Shown: positions 10,582-26,471 of the stretch, one piece after another
Numbering within the stretch: the stretch's first letter is position 1
How the letters are laid out: each line of letters opens with the position of its first letter
From: the human T2T-CHM13v2.0 reference genome, Homo sapiens
Assembly: GCF_009914755.1 (NCBI RefSeq)
Contig: NC_060925.1
Strand: one strand, 5' to 3'
DNA length: 64,000 nucleotides
The notes under the pieces: model-generated
Told to the model about the DNA's origin: nothing
Database searches by the model: none
What the model saw: only the letters and a program-made list of their open reading frames with translations
Translations under genes and position numbers: made by a program

Positions 10582-12157
10582 CCATCTGTCTTTCTCTTTC
10601 ATTCTTTTCCATTTGGCCCTGTTCTGTCCCAACATGAAGGCAATAATTTGTTACCTCATTAATGGATCTATCCTTTTACTTTCTTAACCACTTCCCTATG
10701 CTACCCATGAAACCTAGTTGGGGCTCTGTTGTGTGTGATTTCCCCTGGCTTATTCTTTACTTTTTCCTCCTTTTCCAGGCTCAGCAGGGAGCTGGTGGAG
10801 GTAGTAGAGCCTGAAGTCTTGCAGGACTCACTGGATAGATGTTATTCAACTCCTTCCAGTTGTCTTGAACAGCCTGACTCCTGCCAGCCCTATGGAAGTT
10901 CCTTTTATGCATTGGAGGAAAAACATGTTGGCTTTTCTCTTGACGTGGGAGGTGAGTACCTTTCTATGAAGGTGATAAGCATCCACTGAGTCTTCCATAT
11001 AAAGATCATATTCCTGCTCCAAGTGGCCATTACTGAGCTGAGAGATGTCGTTGCCGCAGTGAGGACCTATAGGCACATGTAGGTTGAATGAAACTCTAGT
11101 TCTACCTGGAAGCCCAGACAAGGGATGGGTCAGTGAGCAAGACTCTCTTCCTAGTCTCAGGCCATACCTGTGGCGCCCTGATCCTATTCTCATGACATTG
11201 GACCTGGGCAGATGTGACAAATTCAGAGAACTATGATTTTGACTCAAGGGTTTGTAGATTTCCTTTTTCACTCTAATTTCAGTGTCTAAAGTCCTCACAA
11301 CCATGAACAATCTGAGTATTTGATGAGACAGGGCTAAATATTGCAGTTTTTCTCCTAGAAATCATTTGAGGGTATTTGCTTTAAATTGATTGGAAAAATA
11401 TGGCATAACTGTTTGCACAAACTTGGGACAAATGATATTGGGATAACGATCTACTAGAATAGGGACATTTTACCCACAGTTTCTGGGAGAAAAACCGAGG
11501 AATTTCTATCATGACCAGCCTTCAGGCCTCCTGAAATATATCTCTCACAGTGTCCTATTCTTATGCTGAGGAGCCTGAGGTCCCTGTGTGAGGATTAGAC
11601 AGTGGATTGTTATGTGTGTAGGGGAATCAGCTTAATGTGTCTGTCCATGTCTGAATTTATTGCAGAAATTGAAAAGAAGGGGAAGGGGAAGAAAAGAAGG
11701 GGAAGAAGATCAAAGAAGGAAAGAAGAAGGGGAAGAAAAGAAGGGGAAGAAGATCAAAACCCACCATGCCCCAGGTGACTTTCAGCAATTGTGGATGCTT
11801 AATTCTGTGTTAACACCTGGAGGCAACAGATTCAGGGAAACCAGAGTGTGTTTGATGTCATGTTTTCAACGAAGGCTGAATTACTCCTACTGTCATTGCT
11901 GTTGGTTTTCATTGCAGTAGATGTTTAGGTTTCCATTTCTTCCTCCCCTTATCATTTCCTAACGTACCATAGGTTGACCATACTTCAAAAGCTGTACTCT
12001 CATGGCCACTGCATCGAATTTTGAGCATATTTTATGGAAAACTATTGAGCTCACTCTTTTCATGATCACAGTTTGCTGTGTGTCATGAGGGCACTAACTC
12101 AGAGTGTCCTTTTACTCCCTTACCAGTATGTCACCTGGCCAATTCACTAGGTCACTT

Positions 12158-12188
<31 letters not shown>

Positions 12189-15100
12189 GTCTCTGTCTCT
12201 CTCTCTCTCTCTCTCTGTCTTTCTCTTTCATTGTTTTCTACCTGGCCCTGTTCTATCCCAACATAAAGGCAATAATTTGTTACCTCATTAATGGATCTGT
12301 CCTTTTTCTTTTCAAACTCTTCCTTAACGTTAGCCATGAAATCTAGCTGGGGCTGTGTGGTTTCTGATTCCCCCTGGCTTATTCTTTACTTTTTCCCACT
12401 TTTCCAGGCTCAGCAGGGAGCTGCTGGATGAGAAAGGGCCTGAAGTCTTGCAGGACTCACTGGATAGATGTTATTCAACTCCTTCAGGTTGTCTTGAACT
12501 GACTGACTCATGCCAGCCCTACAGAAGTGCCTTTTACATATTGGAGCAACAGTGTGTTGGCTTGGCTGTTGACATGGATGGTGAGTACCTTTCTATGAAG
12601 GTGATAAGGATCCACTGAGTCTTCTGGTTAGGGTCATATTCCTACTGCAAGTGGCCCTTACTGAGCTGAGAGATGTCATTGCCACAGGGAGGACCTATAG
12701 GCACATGTAGGTTGAATGAAACTCTAGTTCCACTTGGCAGCCCAGACAAGGGATGGGTCAGTGAGCAAGGCTCTCTCCCTAGTCTCAGGCCATGCCTGTG
12801 GAGCCCTAATCCTACTCTCATGACACTGGACCTGGGCAGATGTGACAAATTCACACAACTCTGATTTTGTCTCAATTTTGTAGATCTTGTAGATTTCATC
12901 CTTCACTCTAATTTCAGCGTCTAAAATCCTCGCTACCATGAACAATCTGAGTATTTGATGAGACAGGGCTGAATAGTGCAGTTTTTCTCCTAGCAACCAT
13001 TTGGGGGTATTTGCTTTAAATCGATTGGAAAAATATGGCATAACCATTTGCACAAACTTGGGACAAATGATATTGGGATAACGATCTACCAGAATAGGGA
13101 ATTTTACCCACAGTTTCTGGGACAAAAACCAAGGAATCTCTATGGTGATCAGCCTTCAGGCCTCCTGAAGAATATCTCTCACAGTGTCCTATTCTCATGC
13201 TGAGGAGCCTGAAGTCTCTGTGTGAGGATTAGACAGTGGATTGTTATGTGTGTAGGAGAACCAGCTTCATATATCTGTCCATGTCTGAACTTATTGCAGA
13301 AATTGAAAAGTACCAAGAAGTGGAAGAAGACCAAGACCCATCATGCCCCAGGTAACTTTGAGCAATTATGGATGCTTAATTCTGTGTTGACACCTGGAGA
13401 TGCCAGGTCCAGGGAAAACAAGAGTGTGTTCAATTTCATGTTTTCAACGAAGGTTGAATTACTCCTACTGACATGGCTGTTGGTTTTCATTGCAGTAGAT
13501 GTTTAGGTTTCCATTTCTTCCTCCCCTTATCATTTACTAACTTACTATAGGTTGACCATACCTCAAAGGCTGTATGGCAACTGCATGGAATCTTGAGCAA
13601 GTTTATGGAAAATTATTGAGCCCACTCTTTTCATGATCACTGTTCGCTGTGTGTCCCGAGGGCACTAACTCAGAGTGTCCTTTGACCCCTTCATCAGTGT
13701 GTCACCCGGCCAACTCGCTGAGCTCACTTTCTCCTCTCTCTCTCTCTCTCTCTCTCCCTCTCCCTGTCTTTCTCTTTCATTCTTCTCTACCTGGCCCTGG
13801 TCTATCCCAACATAAAGGCAATAATTCATTACCTCATTAATGGATCTGTCCTTTTTCTTTTTAAACAGTTCCTTATGTTAGCCATGAAATCTAGCTGGGG
13901 CTGTGTGGTTTCTGATTCCCCCTGGCTTATTCTTTACTTTTTCCTACTTTTCCAGGCTCAGCAGGGAGCTGCTGGATGAGAAAGAGCCTGAAGTCTTGCA
14001 GGACTCACTGGATAGATGTTATTCGATTCCTTCAGGTTATCTTGAACTGCCTGACTTAGGCCAGCCCTACAGCAGTGCTGTTTACTCATTGGAGGAACAG
14101 TACCTTGGCTTGGCTCTTGACGTGGACAGTGAGTACCTTACTATGAAGGTGATAAGCCTCCACCTGGTCTTCCAGATAGGGGTGATATTCCTGTTCCAAG
14201 TGGCCCTTACTGACCCGAGAGATGTCATTGCCGCAGGCAGGACCTGTGGGCGCATATAGGTTGTAATGAAACTGTAGTCTCAGTTGGAAGCCTAGACATG
14301 AAATGGGTCAGTGAGCAAGGCTCTATTCCTAGTCTCCAGCCATGCCTGTGGCAACCTGAGCCCGCTCTCAGCACATTGGACCCAGGCAGATGCAAAAAAT
14401 TCACAGAACTATGATTTGGACTCAAGGGTTTGTAGATTTCCTCCTTCATTCTAATTTCAGTGTCTAAAATTCTTGCATCCATGAACGAGCTGGGCATTTG
14501 ATGAGACAGGGCTGAATACTGCAGTTTTCCTCCTAGAAATCATCTGGGGCATTTTCTTTGAACTGATGGGAACAATAAGGCATAACTGTTTGCACAAACT
14601 TGGGATAAGTGATTTTGGGATAACGATCTACCAGAATGGGGATATTTCACCCTTGGTTCTGAGATGCAAACCAAAGAATATCATGACCAGCTTTCAGGCC
14701 TCCTGAAGTATATCTCTCACATTGTCCTGTTCTCATGCTGAGGAGCCTGAGATCCCTGTGTGGGGATTAGACAGTGGACTGTTATGGGTGTAGGTGAATT
14801 GGCTTATTTTGTCTGTCCCTGTCTGAATGTATTGCAGGAATTAAAAAGGACCAAGAAGAGGAAGAAGACCAAGACCCACCATGCCCCAGGTAACTGAGCA
14901 ATTGTGAACAGCTACTTCTGTGTTGACATCTGGAGACTACTGGTTCAGGGAAAACAGAGCGGGCTGACATTATCGATTACATCTTTTCAAGCAAGCCTGA
15001 ATTATTCCTACTAACATTGCTGTTGGTTTTCATTGCAGTAGATATTTAGGTTTCCATTTCTTCCTCCCCTTATCATTTACTAACCTACTGTAGGTGGACC

Positions 15101-15277
15101 AGACTTCAAAAACTGTATTCTCATGGCGACTGCGTGGAAACTTGAGCACATTTTATGGAAAATTATTGAGCACAGTCTTTTCATGATCACTGTATGCTGT
15201 GTGTCCTGAGGGCACTAACTCAGAGTGTCCTGTTACTCCCTCATCAGTGTGTCACCTGGACAATTCACTGAGCTCGT

Positions 15278-15342
<65 letters not shown>

Positions 15343-16918
15343 CCATCTGTCTTTCTCTTTCATTCTTTTCCATTTGGCCCTGTTCTGTCCCAACATGAAG
15401 GCAATAATTTGTTACCTCATTAATGGATCTATCCTTTTACTTTCTTAACCACTTCCCTATGCTACCCATGAAACCTAGTTGGGGCTCTGTTGTGTGTGAT
15501 TTCCCCTGGCTTATTCTTTACTTTTTCCTCCTTTTCCAGGCTCAGCAGGGAGCTGGTGGAGGTAGTAGAGCCTGAAGTCTTGCAGGACTCACTGGATAGA
15601 TGTTATTCAACTCCTTCCAGTTGTCTTGAACAGCCTGACTCCTGCCAGCCCTATGGAAGTTCCTTTTATGCATTGGAGGAAAAACATGTTGGCTTTTCTC
15701 TTGACGTGGGAGGTGAGTACCTTTCTATGAAGGTGATAAGCATCCACTGAGTCTTCCATATAAAGATCATATTCCTGCTCCAAGTGGCCATTACTGAGCT
15801 GAGAGATGTCGTTGCCGCAGTGAGGACCTATAGGCACATGTAGGTTGAATGAAACTCTAGTTCTACCTGGAAGCCCAGACAAGGGATGGGTCAGTGAGCA
15901 AGACTCTCTTCCTAGTCTCAGGCCATACCTGTGGCGCCCTGATCCTATTCTCATGACATTGGACCTGGGCAGATGTGACAAATTCAGAGAACTATGATTT
16001 TGACTCAAGGGTTTGTAGATTTCCTTTTTCACTCTAATTTCAGTGTCTAAAGTCCTCACAACCATGAACAATCTGAGTATTTGATGAGACAGGGCTAAAT
16101 ATTGCAGTTTTTCTCCTAGAAATCATTTGAGGGTATTTGCTTTAAATTGATTGGAAAAATATGGCATAACTGTTTGCACAAACTTGGGACAAATGATATT
16201 GGGATAACGATCTACTAGAATAGGGACATTTTACCCACAGTTTCTGGGAGAAAAACCGAGGAATTTCTATCATGACCAGCCTTCAGGCCTCCTGAAATAT
16301 ATCTCTCACAGTGTCCTATTCTTATGCTGAGGAGCCTGAGGTCCCTGTGTGAGGATTAGACAGTGGATTGTTATGTGTGTAGGGGAATCAGCTTAATGTG
16401 TCTGTCCATGTCTGAATTTATTGCAGAAATTGAAAAGAAGGGGAAGGGGAAGAAAAGAAGGGGAAGAAGATCAAAGAAGGAAAGAAGAAGGGGAAGAAAA
16501 GAAGGGGAAGAAGATCAAAACCCACCATGCCCCAGGTGACTTTCAGCAATTGTGGATGCTTAATTCTGTGTTAACACCTGGAGGCAACAGATTCAGGGAA
16601 ACCAGAGTGTGTTTGATGTCATGTTTTCAACGAAGGCTGAATTACTCCTACTGTCATTGCTGTTGGTTTTCATTGCAGTAGATGTTTAGGTTTCCATTTC
16701 TTCCTCCCCTTATCATTTCCTAACGTACCATAGGTTGACCATACTTCAAAAGCTGTACTCTCATGGCCACTGCATCGAATTTTGAGCATATTTTATGGAA
16801 AACTATTGAGCTCACTCTTTTCATGATCACAGTTTGCTGTGTGTCATGAGGGCACTAACTCAGAGTGTCCTTTTACTCCCTTACCAGTATGTCACCTGGC
16901 CAATTCACTAGGTCACTT

Positions 16919-16949
<31 letters not shown>

Positions 16950-19900
16950 GTCTCTGTCTCTCTCTCTCTCTCTCTCTGTCTTTCTCTTTCATTGTTTTCT
17001 ACCTGGCCCTGTTCTATCCCAACATAAAGGCAATAATTTGTTACCTCATTAATGGATCTGTCCTTTTTCTTTTCAAACTCTTCCTTAACGTTAGCCATGA
17101 AATCTAGCTGGGGCTGTGTGGTTTCTGATTCCCCCTGGCTTATTCTTTACTTTTTCCCACTTTTCCAGGCTCAGCAGGGAGCTGCTGGATGAGAAAGGGC
17201 CTGAAGTCTTGCAGGACTCACTGGATAGATGTTATTCAACTCCTTCAGGTTGTCTTGAACTGACTGACTCATGCCAGCCCTACAGAAGTGCCTTTTACAT
17301 ATTGGAGCAACAGTGTGTTGGCTTGGCTGTTGACATGGATGGTGAGTACCTTTCTATGAAGGTGATAAGGATCCACTGAGTCTTCTGGTTAGGGTCATAT
17401 TCCTACTGCAAGTGGCCCTTACTGAGCTGAGAGATGTCATTGCCACAGGGAGGACCTATAGGCACATGTAGGTTGAATGAAACTCTAGTTCCACTTGGCA
17501 GCCCAGACAAGGGATGGGTCAGTGAGCAAGGCTCTCTCCCTAGTCTCAGGCCATGCCTGTGGAGCCCTAATCCTACTCTCATGACACTGGACCTGGGCAG
17601 ATGTGACAAATTCACACAACTCTGATTTTGTCTCAATTTTGTAGATCTTGTAGATTTCATCCTTCACTCTAATTTCAGCGTCTAAAATCCTCGCTACCAT
17701 GAACAATCTGAGTATTTGATGAGACAGGGCTGAATAGTGCAGTTTTTCTCCTAGCAACCATTTGGGGGTATTTGCTTTAAATCGATTGGAAAAATATGGC
17801 ATAACCATTTGCACAAACTTGGGACAAATGATATTGGGATAACGATCTACCAGAATAGGGAATTTTACCCACAGTTTCTGGGACAAAAACCAAGGAATCT
17901 CTATGGTGATCAGCCTTCAGGCCTCCTGAAGAATATCTCTCACAGTGTCCTATTCTCATGCTGAGGAGCCTGAAGTCTCTGTGTGAGGATTAGACAGTGG
18001 ATTGTTATGTGTGTAGGAGAACCAGCTTCATATATCTGTCCATGTCTGAACTTATTGCAGAAATTGAAAAGTACCAAGAAGTGGAAGAAGACCAAGACCC
18101 ATCATGCCCCAGGTAACTTTGAGCAATTATGGATGCTTAATTCTGTGTTGACACCTGGAGATGCCAGGTCCAGGGAAAACAAGAGTGTGTTCAATTTCAT
18201 GTTTTCAACGAAGGTTGAATTACTCCTACTGACATGGCTGTTGGTTTTCATTGCAGTAGATGTTTAGGTTTCCATTTCTTCCTCCCCTTATCATTTACTA
18301 ACTTACTATAGGTTGACCATACCTCAAAGGCTGTATGGCAACTGCATGGAATCTTGAGCAAGTTTATGGAAAATTATTGAGCCCACTCTTTTCATGATCA
18401 CTGTTCGCTGTGTGTCCCGAGGGCACTAACTCAGAGTGTCCTTTGACCCCTTCATCAGTGTGTCACCCGGCCAACTCGCTGAGCTCACTTTCTCCTCTCT
18501 CTCTCTCTCTCTCTCTCCCTCTCCCTGTCTTTCTCTTTCATTCTTCTCTACCTGGCCCTGGTCTATCCCAACATAAAGGCAATAATTCATTACCTCATTA
18601 ATGGATCTGTCCTTTTTCTTTTTAAACAGTTCCTTATGTTAGCCATGAAATCTAGCTGGGGCTGTGTGGTTTCTGATTCCCCCTGGCTTATTCTTTACTT
18701 TTTCCTACTTTTCCAGGCTCAGCAGGGAGCTGCTGGATGAGAAAGAGCCTGAAGTCTTGCAGGACTCACTGGATAGATGTTATTCGATTCCTTCAGGTTA
18801 TCTTGAACTGCCTGACTTAGGCCAGCCCTACAGCAGTGCTGTTTACTCATTGGAGGAACAGTACCTTGGCTTGGCTCTTGACGTGGACAGTGAGTACCTT
18901 ACTATGAAGGTGATAAGCCTCCACCTGGTCTTCCAGATAGGGGTGATATTCCTGTTCCAAGTGGCCCTTACTGACCCGAGAGATGTCATTGCCGCAGGCA
19001 GGACCTATGGGCGCATATAGGTTGTAATGAAACTGTAGTCTCAGTTGGAAGCCTAGACATGAAATGGGTCAGTGAGCAAGGCTCTATTCCTAGTCTCCAG
19101 CCATGCCTGTGGCAACCTGAGCCCGCTCTCAGCACATTGGATCCAGGCAGATGCAAAAAATTCACAGAACTATGATTTGGACTCAAGGGTTTGTAGATTT
19201 CCTCCTTCATTCTAATTTCAGTGTCTAAAATTCTTGCATCCATGAACGAGCTGGGCATTTGATGAGACAGGGCTGAATACTGCAGTTTTCCTCCTAGAAA
19301 TCATCTGGGGCATTTTCTTTGAACTGATGGGAACAATAAGGCATAACTGTTTGCACAAACTTGGGATAAGTGATTTTGGGATAACGATCTACCAGAATGG
19401 GGATATTTCACCCTTGGTTCTGAGATGCAAACCAAAGAATATCATGACCAGCTTTCAGGCCTCCTGAAGTATATCTCTCACATTGTCCTGTTCTCATGCT
19501 GAGGAGCCTGAGATCCCTGTGTGGGGATTAGACAGTGGACTGTTATGGGTGTAGGTGAATTGGCTTATTTTGTCTGTCCCTGTCTGAATGTATTGCAGGA
19601 ATTAAAAAGGACCAAGAAGAGGAAGAAGACCAAGACCCACCATGCCCCAGGTAACTGAGCAATTGTGAACAGCTACTTCTGTGTTGACATCTGGAGACTC
19701 CTGGTTCAGGGAAAACAGAGCGGGCTGACATTATCGATTACATCTTTTCAAGCAAGCCTGAATTATTCCTACTAACATTGCTGTTGGTTTTCATTGCAGT
19801 AGATATTTAGGTTTCCATTTCTTCCTCCCCTTATCATTTACTAACCTACTGTAGGTGGACCAGACTTCAAAAACTGTATTCTCATGGCGACTGCATGGAA

Positions 19901-20038
19901 ACTTGAGCACATTTTATGGAAAATTATTGAGCACAGTCTTTTCATGATCACTGTATGCTGTGTGTCCTGAGGGCACTAACTCAGAGTGTCCTGTTACTCC
20001 CTCATCAGTGTGTCACCTGGACAATTCACTGAGCTCGT

Positions 20039-20103
<65 letters not shown>

Positions 20104-21679
20104 CCATCTGTCTTTCTCTTTCATTCTTTTCCATTTGGCCCTGTTCTGTCCCAACATGAAGGCAATAATTTGTTACCTCATTAATGGATCTATCCTTTTA
20201 CTTTCTTAACCACTTCCCTATGCTACCCATGAAACCTAGTTGGGGCTCTGTTGTGTGTGATTTCCCCTGGCTTATTCTTTACTTTTTCCTCCTTTTCCAG
20301 GCTCAGCAGGGAGCTGCTGGAGGTAGTAGAGCCTGAAGTCTTGCAGGACTCACTGGATAGATGTTATTCAACTCCTTCCAGTTGTCTTGAACAGCCTGAC
20401 TCCTGCCAGCCCTATGGAAGTTCCTTTTATGCATTGGAGGAAAAACATGTTGGCTTTTCTCTTGACGTGGGAGGTGAGTACCTTTCTATGAAGGTGATAA
20501 GCATCCACTGAGTCTTCCATATAAAGATCATATTCCTGCTCCAAGTGGCCATTACTGAGCTGAGAGATGTCGTTGCCGCAGTGAGGACCTATAGGCACAT
20601 GTAGGTTGAATGAAACTCTAGTTCTACCTGGAAGCCCAGACAAGGGATGGGTCAGTGAGCAAGACTCTCTTCCTAGTCTCAGGCCATACCTGTGGCGCCC
20701 TGATCCTATTCTCATGACATTGGACCTGGGCAGATGTGACAAATTCAGAGAACTATGATTTTGACTCAAGGGTTTGTAGATTTCCTTTTTCACTCTAATT
20801 TCAGTGTCTAAAGTCCTCACAACCATGAACAATCTGAGTATTTGATGAGACAGGGCTAAATATTGCAGTTTTTCTCCTAGAAATCATTTGAGGGTATTTG
20901 CTTTAAATTGATTGGAAAAATATGGCATAACTGTTTGCACAAACTTGGGACAAATGATATTGGGATAACGATCTACTAGAATAGGGACATTTTACCCACA
21001 GTTTCTGGGAGAAAAACCGAGGAATTTCTATCATGACCAGCCTTCAGGCCTCCTGAAATATATCTCTCACAGTGTCCTATTCTTATGCTGAGGAGCCTGA
21101 GGTCCCTGTGTGAGGATTAGACAGTGGATTGTTATGTGTGTAGGGGAATCAGCTTAATGTGTCTGTCCATGTCTGAATTTATTGCAGAAATTGAAAAGAA
21201 GGGGAAGGGGAAGAAAAGAAGGGGAAGAAGATCAAAGAAGGAAAGAAGAAGGGGAAGAAAAGAAGGGGAAGAAGATCAAAACCCACCATGCCCCAGGTGA
21301 CTTTCAGCAATTGTGGATGCTTAATTCTGTGTTAACACCTGGAGGCAACAGATTCAGGGAAACCAGAGTGTGTTTGATGTCATGTTTTCAACGAAGGCTG
21401 AATTACTCCTACTGTCATTGCTGTTGGTTTTCATTGCAGTAGATGTTTAGGTTTCCATTTCTTCCTCCCCTTATCATTTACTAACGTACCATAGGTTGAC
21501 CATACTTCAAAAGCTGTACTCTCATGGCCACTGCATCGAATTTTGAGCATATTTTATGGAAAACTATTGAGCTCACTCTTTTCATGATCACAGTTTGCTG
21601 TGTGTCATGAGGGCACTAACTCAGAGTGTCCTTTTACTCCCTTACCAGTATGTCACCTGGCCAATTCACTAGGTCACTT

Positions 21680-21710
<31 letters not shown>

Positions 21711-24700
21711 GTCTCTGTCTCTCTCTCTCTCTCTCTCTGTCTTTCTCTTTCATTGTTTTCTACCTGGCCCTGTTCTATCCCAACATAAAGGCAATAATTT
21801 GTTACCTCATTAATGGATCTGTCCTTTTTCTTTTCAAACTCTTCCTTAACGTTAGCCATGAAATCTAGCTGGGGCTGTGCGGTTTCTGATTCCCCCTGGC
21901 TTATTCTTTACTTTTTCCCACTTTTCCAGGCTCAGCAGGGAGCTGCTGGATGAGAAAGGGCCTGAAGTCTTGCAGGACTCACTGGATAGATGTTATTCAA
22001 CTCCTTCAGGTTGTCTTGAACTGACTGACTCATGCCAGCCCTACAGAAGTGCCTTTTACATATTGGAGCAACAGTGTGTTGGCTTGGCTGTTGACATGGA
22101 TGGTGAGTACCTTTCTATGAAGGTGATAAGGATCCACTGAGTCTTCTGGTTAGGGTCATATTCCTACTGCAAGTGGCCCTTACTGAGCTGAGAGATGTCA
22201 TTGCCACAGGGAGGACCTATAGGCACATGTAGGTTGAATGAAACTCTAGTTCCACTTGGCAGCCCAGACAAGGGATGGGTCAGTGAGCAAGGCTCTCTTC
22301 CTAGTCTCAGGCCATGCCTGTGGCGCCCTAATCCTACTCTCATGACATTGGACCTGGGCAGATGTGACAAATTCATGCAACTCTGATTTTGTCTCAATTT
22401 TGTAGATCTTGTAGATTTCATCCTTCACTCTAATTTCAGCGTCTAAAATCCTCGCTACCATGAACAATCTGAGTATTTGATGAGACAGGGCTGAATAGTG
22501 CAGTTTTTCTCCTAGCAACCATTTGGGGGTATTTGCTTTAAATCGATTGGAAAAATATGGCATAACCATTTGCACAAACTTGGGACAAATGATATTGGGA
22601 TAACGATCTACCAGAATAGGGAATTTTACCCACAGTTTCTGGGACAAAAACCAAGGAATCTCTATGGTGATCAGCCTTCAGGCCTCCTGAAGAATATCTC
22701 TCACAGTGTCCTATTCTCATGCTGAGGAGCCTGAAGTCTCTGTGTGAGGATTAGACAGTGGATTGTTATGTGTGTAGGAGAACCAGCTTCATATATCTGT
22801 CCATGTCTGAACTTATTGCAGAAATTGAAAAGTACCAAGAAGTGGAAGAAGACCAAGACCCATCATGCCCCAGGTAACTTTGAGCAATTATGGATGCTTA
22901 ATTCTGTGTTGACACCTGGAGATGCCAGGTCCAGGGAAAACAAGAGTGTGTTCAATTTCATGTTTTCAACGAAGGTTGAATTACTCCTACTGACATGGCT
23001 GTTGGTTTTCATTGCAGTAGATGTTTAGGTTTCCATTTCTTCCTCCCCTTATCATTTACTAACTTACTATAGGTTGACCATACCTCAAAGGCTGTATGGC
23101 AACTGCATGGAATCTTGAGCAAGTTTATGGAAAATTATTGAGCCCACTCTTTTCATGATCACTGTTCGCTGTGTGTCCCGAGGGCACTAACTCAGAGTGT
23201 CCTTTGACCCCTTCATCAGTGTGTCACCCGGCCAACTCGCTGAGCTCACTTTCTCCTCTCTCTCTCTCTCTCTCTCTCCCTCTCCCTGTCTTTCTCTTTC
23301 ATTCTTCTCTACCTGGCCCTGGTCTATCCCAACATAAAGGCAATAATTCATTACCTCATTAATGGATCTGTCCTTTTTCTTTTTAAACAGTTCCTTATGT
23401 TAGCCATGAAATCTAGCTGGGGCTGTGTGGTTTCTGATTCCCCCTGGCTTATTCTTTACTTTTTCCTACTTTTCCAGGCTCAGCAGGGAGCTGCTGGATG
23501 AGAAAGAGCCTGAAGTCTTGCAGGACTCACTGGATAGATGTTATTCGATTCCTTCAGGTTATCTTGAACTGCCTGACTTAGGCCAGCCCTACAGCAGTGC
23601 TGTTTACTCATTGGAGGAACAGTACCTTGGCTTGGCTCTTGACGTGGACAGTGAGTACCTTACTATGAAGGTGATAAGCCTCCACCTGGTCTTCCAGATA
23701 GGGGTGATATTCCTGTTCCAAGTGGCCCTTACTGACCCGAGAGATGTCATTGCCGCAGGCAGGACCTATGGGCGCATATAGGTTGTAATGAAACTGTAGT
23801 CTCAGTTGGAAGCCTAGACATGAAATGGGTCAGTGAGCAAGGCTCTATTCCTAGTCTCCAGCCATGCCTGTGGCAACCTGAGCCCGCTCTCAGCACATTG
23901 GACCCAGGCAGATGCAAAAAATTCACAGAACTATGATTTGGACTCAAGGGTTTGTAGATTTCCTCCTTCATTCTAATTTCAGTGTCTAAAATTCTTGCAT
24001 CCATGAACGAGCTGGGCATTTGATGAGACAGGGCTGAATACTGCAGTTTTCCTCCTAGAAATCATCTGGGGCATTTTCTTTGAACTGATGGGAACAATAA
24101 GGCATAACTGTTTGCACAAACTTGGGATAAGTGATTTTGGGATAACGATCTACCAGAATGGGGATATTTCACCCTTGGTTCTGAGATGCAAACCAAAGAA
24201 TATCATGACCAGCTTTCAGGCCTCCTGAAGTATATCTCTCACATTGTCCTGTTCTCATGCTGAGGAGCCTGAGATCCCTGTGTGGGGATTAGACAGTGGA
24301 CTGTTATGGGTGTAGGTGAATTGGCTTATTTTGTCTGTCCCTGTCTGAATGTATTGCAGGAATTAAAAAGGACCAAGAAGAGGAAGAAGACCAAGACCCA
24401 CCATGCCCCAGGTAACTGAGCAATTGTGAACAGCTACTTCTGTGTTGACATCTGGAGACTCCTGGTTCAGGGAAAACAGAGCGGGCTGACATTATCGATT
24501 ACATCTTTTCAAGCAAGCCTGAATTATTCCTACTAACATTGCTGTTGGTTTTCATTGCAGTAGATATTTAGGTTTCCATTTCTTCCTCCCCTTATCATTT
24601 ACTAACCTACTGTAGGTGGACCAGACTTCAAAAACTGTATTCTCATGGCGACTGCATGGAAACTTGAGCACATTTTATGGAAAATTATTGAGCACAGTCT

Positions 24701-24799
24701 TTTCATGATCACTGTATGCTGTGTGTCCTGAGGGCACTAACTCAGAGTGTCCTGTTACTCCCTCATCAGTGTGTCACCTGGACAATTCACTGAGCTCGT

Positions 24800-24865
<66 letters not shown>

Positions 24866-26440
24866 TATCTGTCTTTCTCTTTCATTCTTTTCCATTTGGC
24901 CCTGTTCTGTCCCAACATGAAGGCAATAATTTGTTACCTCATTAATGGATCTATCCTTTTAGTTTCTTAACCACTTCCCTATGCTACCCATGAAACCTAG
25001 TTGGGGCTCTGTTGTGTGTGATTTCCCCTGGCTTATTCTTTACTTTTTCCTCCTTTTCCAGGCTCAGCAGGGAGCTGCTGGAGGTAGTAGAGCCTGAAGT
25101 CTTGCAGGACTCACTGGATAGATGTTATTCAACTCCTTCCAGTTGTCTTGAACAGCCTGACTCCTGCCAGCCCTATGGAAGTTCCTTTTATGCATTGGAG
25201 GAAAAACATGTTGGCTTTTCTCTTGACGTGGGAGGTGAGTACCTTTCTATGAAGGTGATAAGCATCCACTGAGTCTTCCATATAAAGATCATATTCCTGC
25301 TCCAAGTGGCCATTACTGAGCTGAGAGATGTCGTTGCCGCAGTGAGGACCTATAGGCACATGTAGGTTGAATGAAACTCTAGTTCTACCTGGAAGCCCAG
25401 ACAAGGGATGGGTCAGTGAGCAAGACTCTCTTCCTAGTCTCAGGCCATACCTGTGGCGCCCTGATCCTATTCTCATGACATTGGACCTGGGCAGATGTGA
25501 CAAATTCAGAGAACTATGATTTTGACTCAAGGGTTTGTAGATTTCCTTTTTCACTCTAATTTCAGTGTCTAAAGTCCTCACAACCATGAACAATCTGAGT
25601 ATTTGATGAGACAGGGCTAAATATTGCAGTTTTTCTCCTAGAAATCATTTGAGGGTATTTGCTTTAAATTGATTGGAAAAATATGGCATAACTGTTTGCA
25701 CAAACTTGGGACAAATGATATTGGGATAACGATCTACTAGAATAGGGACATTTTACCCACAGTTTCTGGGAGAAAAACCGAGGAATTTCTATCATGACCA
25801 GCCTTCAGGCCTCCTGAAATATATCTCTCACAGTGTCCTATTCTTATGCTGAGGAGCCTGAGGTCCCTGTGTGAGGATTAGACAGTGGATTGTTATGTGT
25901 GTAGGGGAATCAGCTTAATGTGTCTGTCCATGTCTGAATTTATTGCAGAAATTGAAAAGAAGGGGAAGGGGAAGAAAAGAAGGGGAAGAAGATCAAAGAA
26001 GGAAAGAAGAAGGGGAAGAAAAGAAGGGGAAGAAGATCAAAACCCACCATGCCCCAGGTGACTTTCAGCAATTGTGGATGCTTAATTCTGTGTTAACACC
26101 TGGAGGCAACAGATTCAGGGAAACCAGAGCGTGTTTGATGTCATGTTTTCAACGAAGGCTGAATTACTCCTACTGTCATTGCTGTTGGTTTTCATTGCAG
26201 TAGATGTTTAGGTTTCCATTTCTTCCTCCCCTTATCATTTACTAACGTACCATAGGTTGACCATACTTCAAAAGCTGTACTCTCATGGCCACTGCATCGA
26301 ATTTTGAGCATATTTTATGGAAAACTATTGAGCTCACTCTTTTCATGATCACAGTTTGCTGTGTGTCATGAGGGCACTAACTCAGAGTGTCCTTTTACTC
26401 CCTTACCAGTATGTCACCTGGCCAATTCACTAGGTCACTT

Positions 26441-26471
<31 letters not shown>

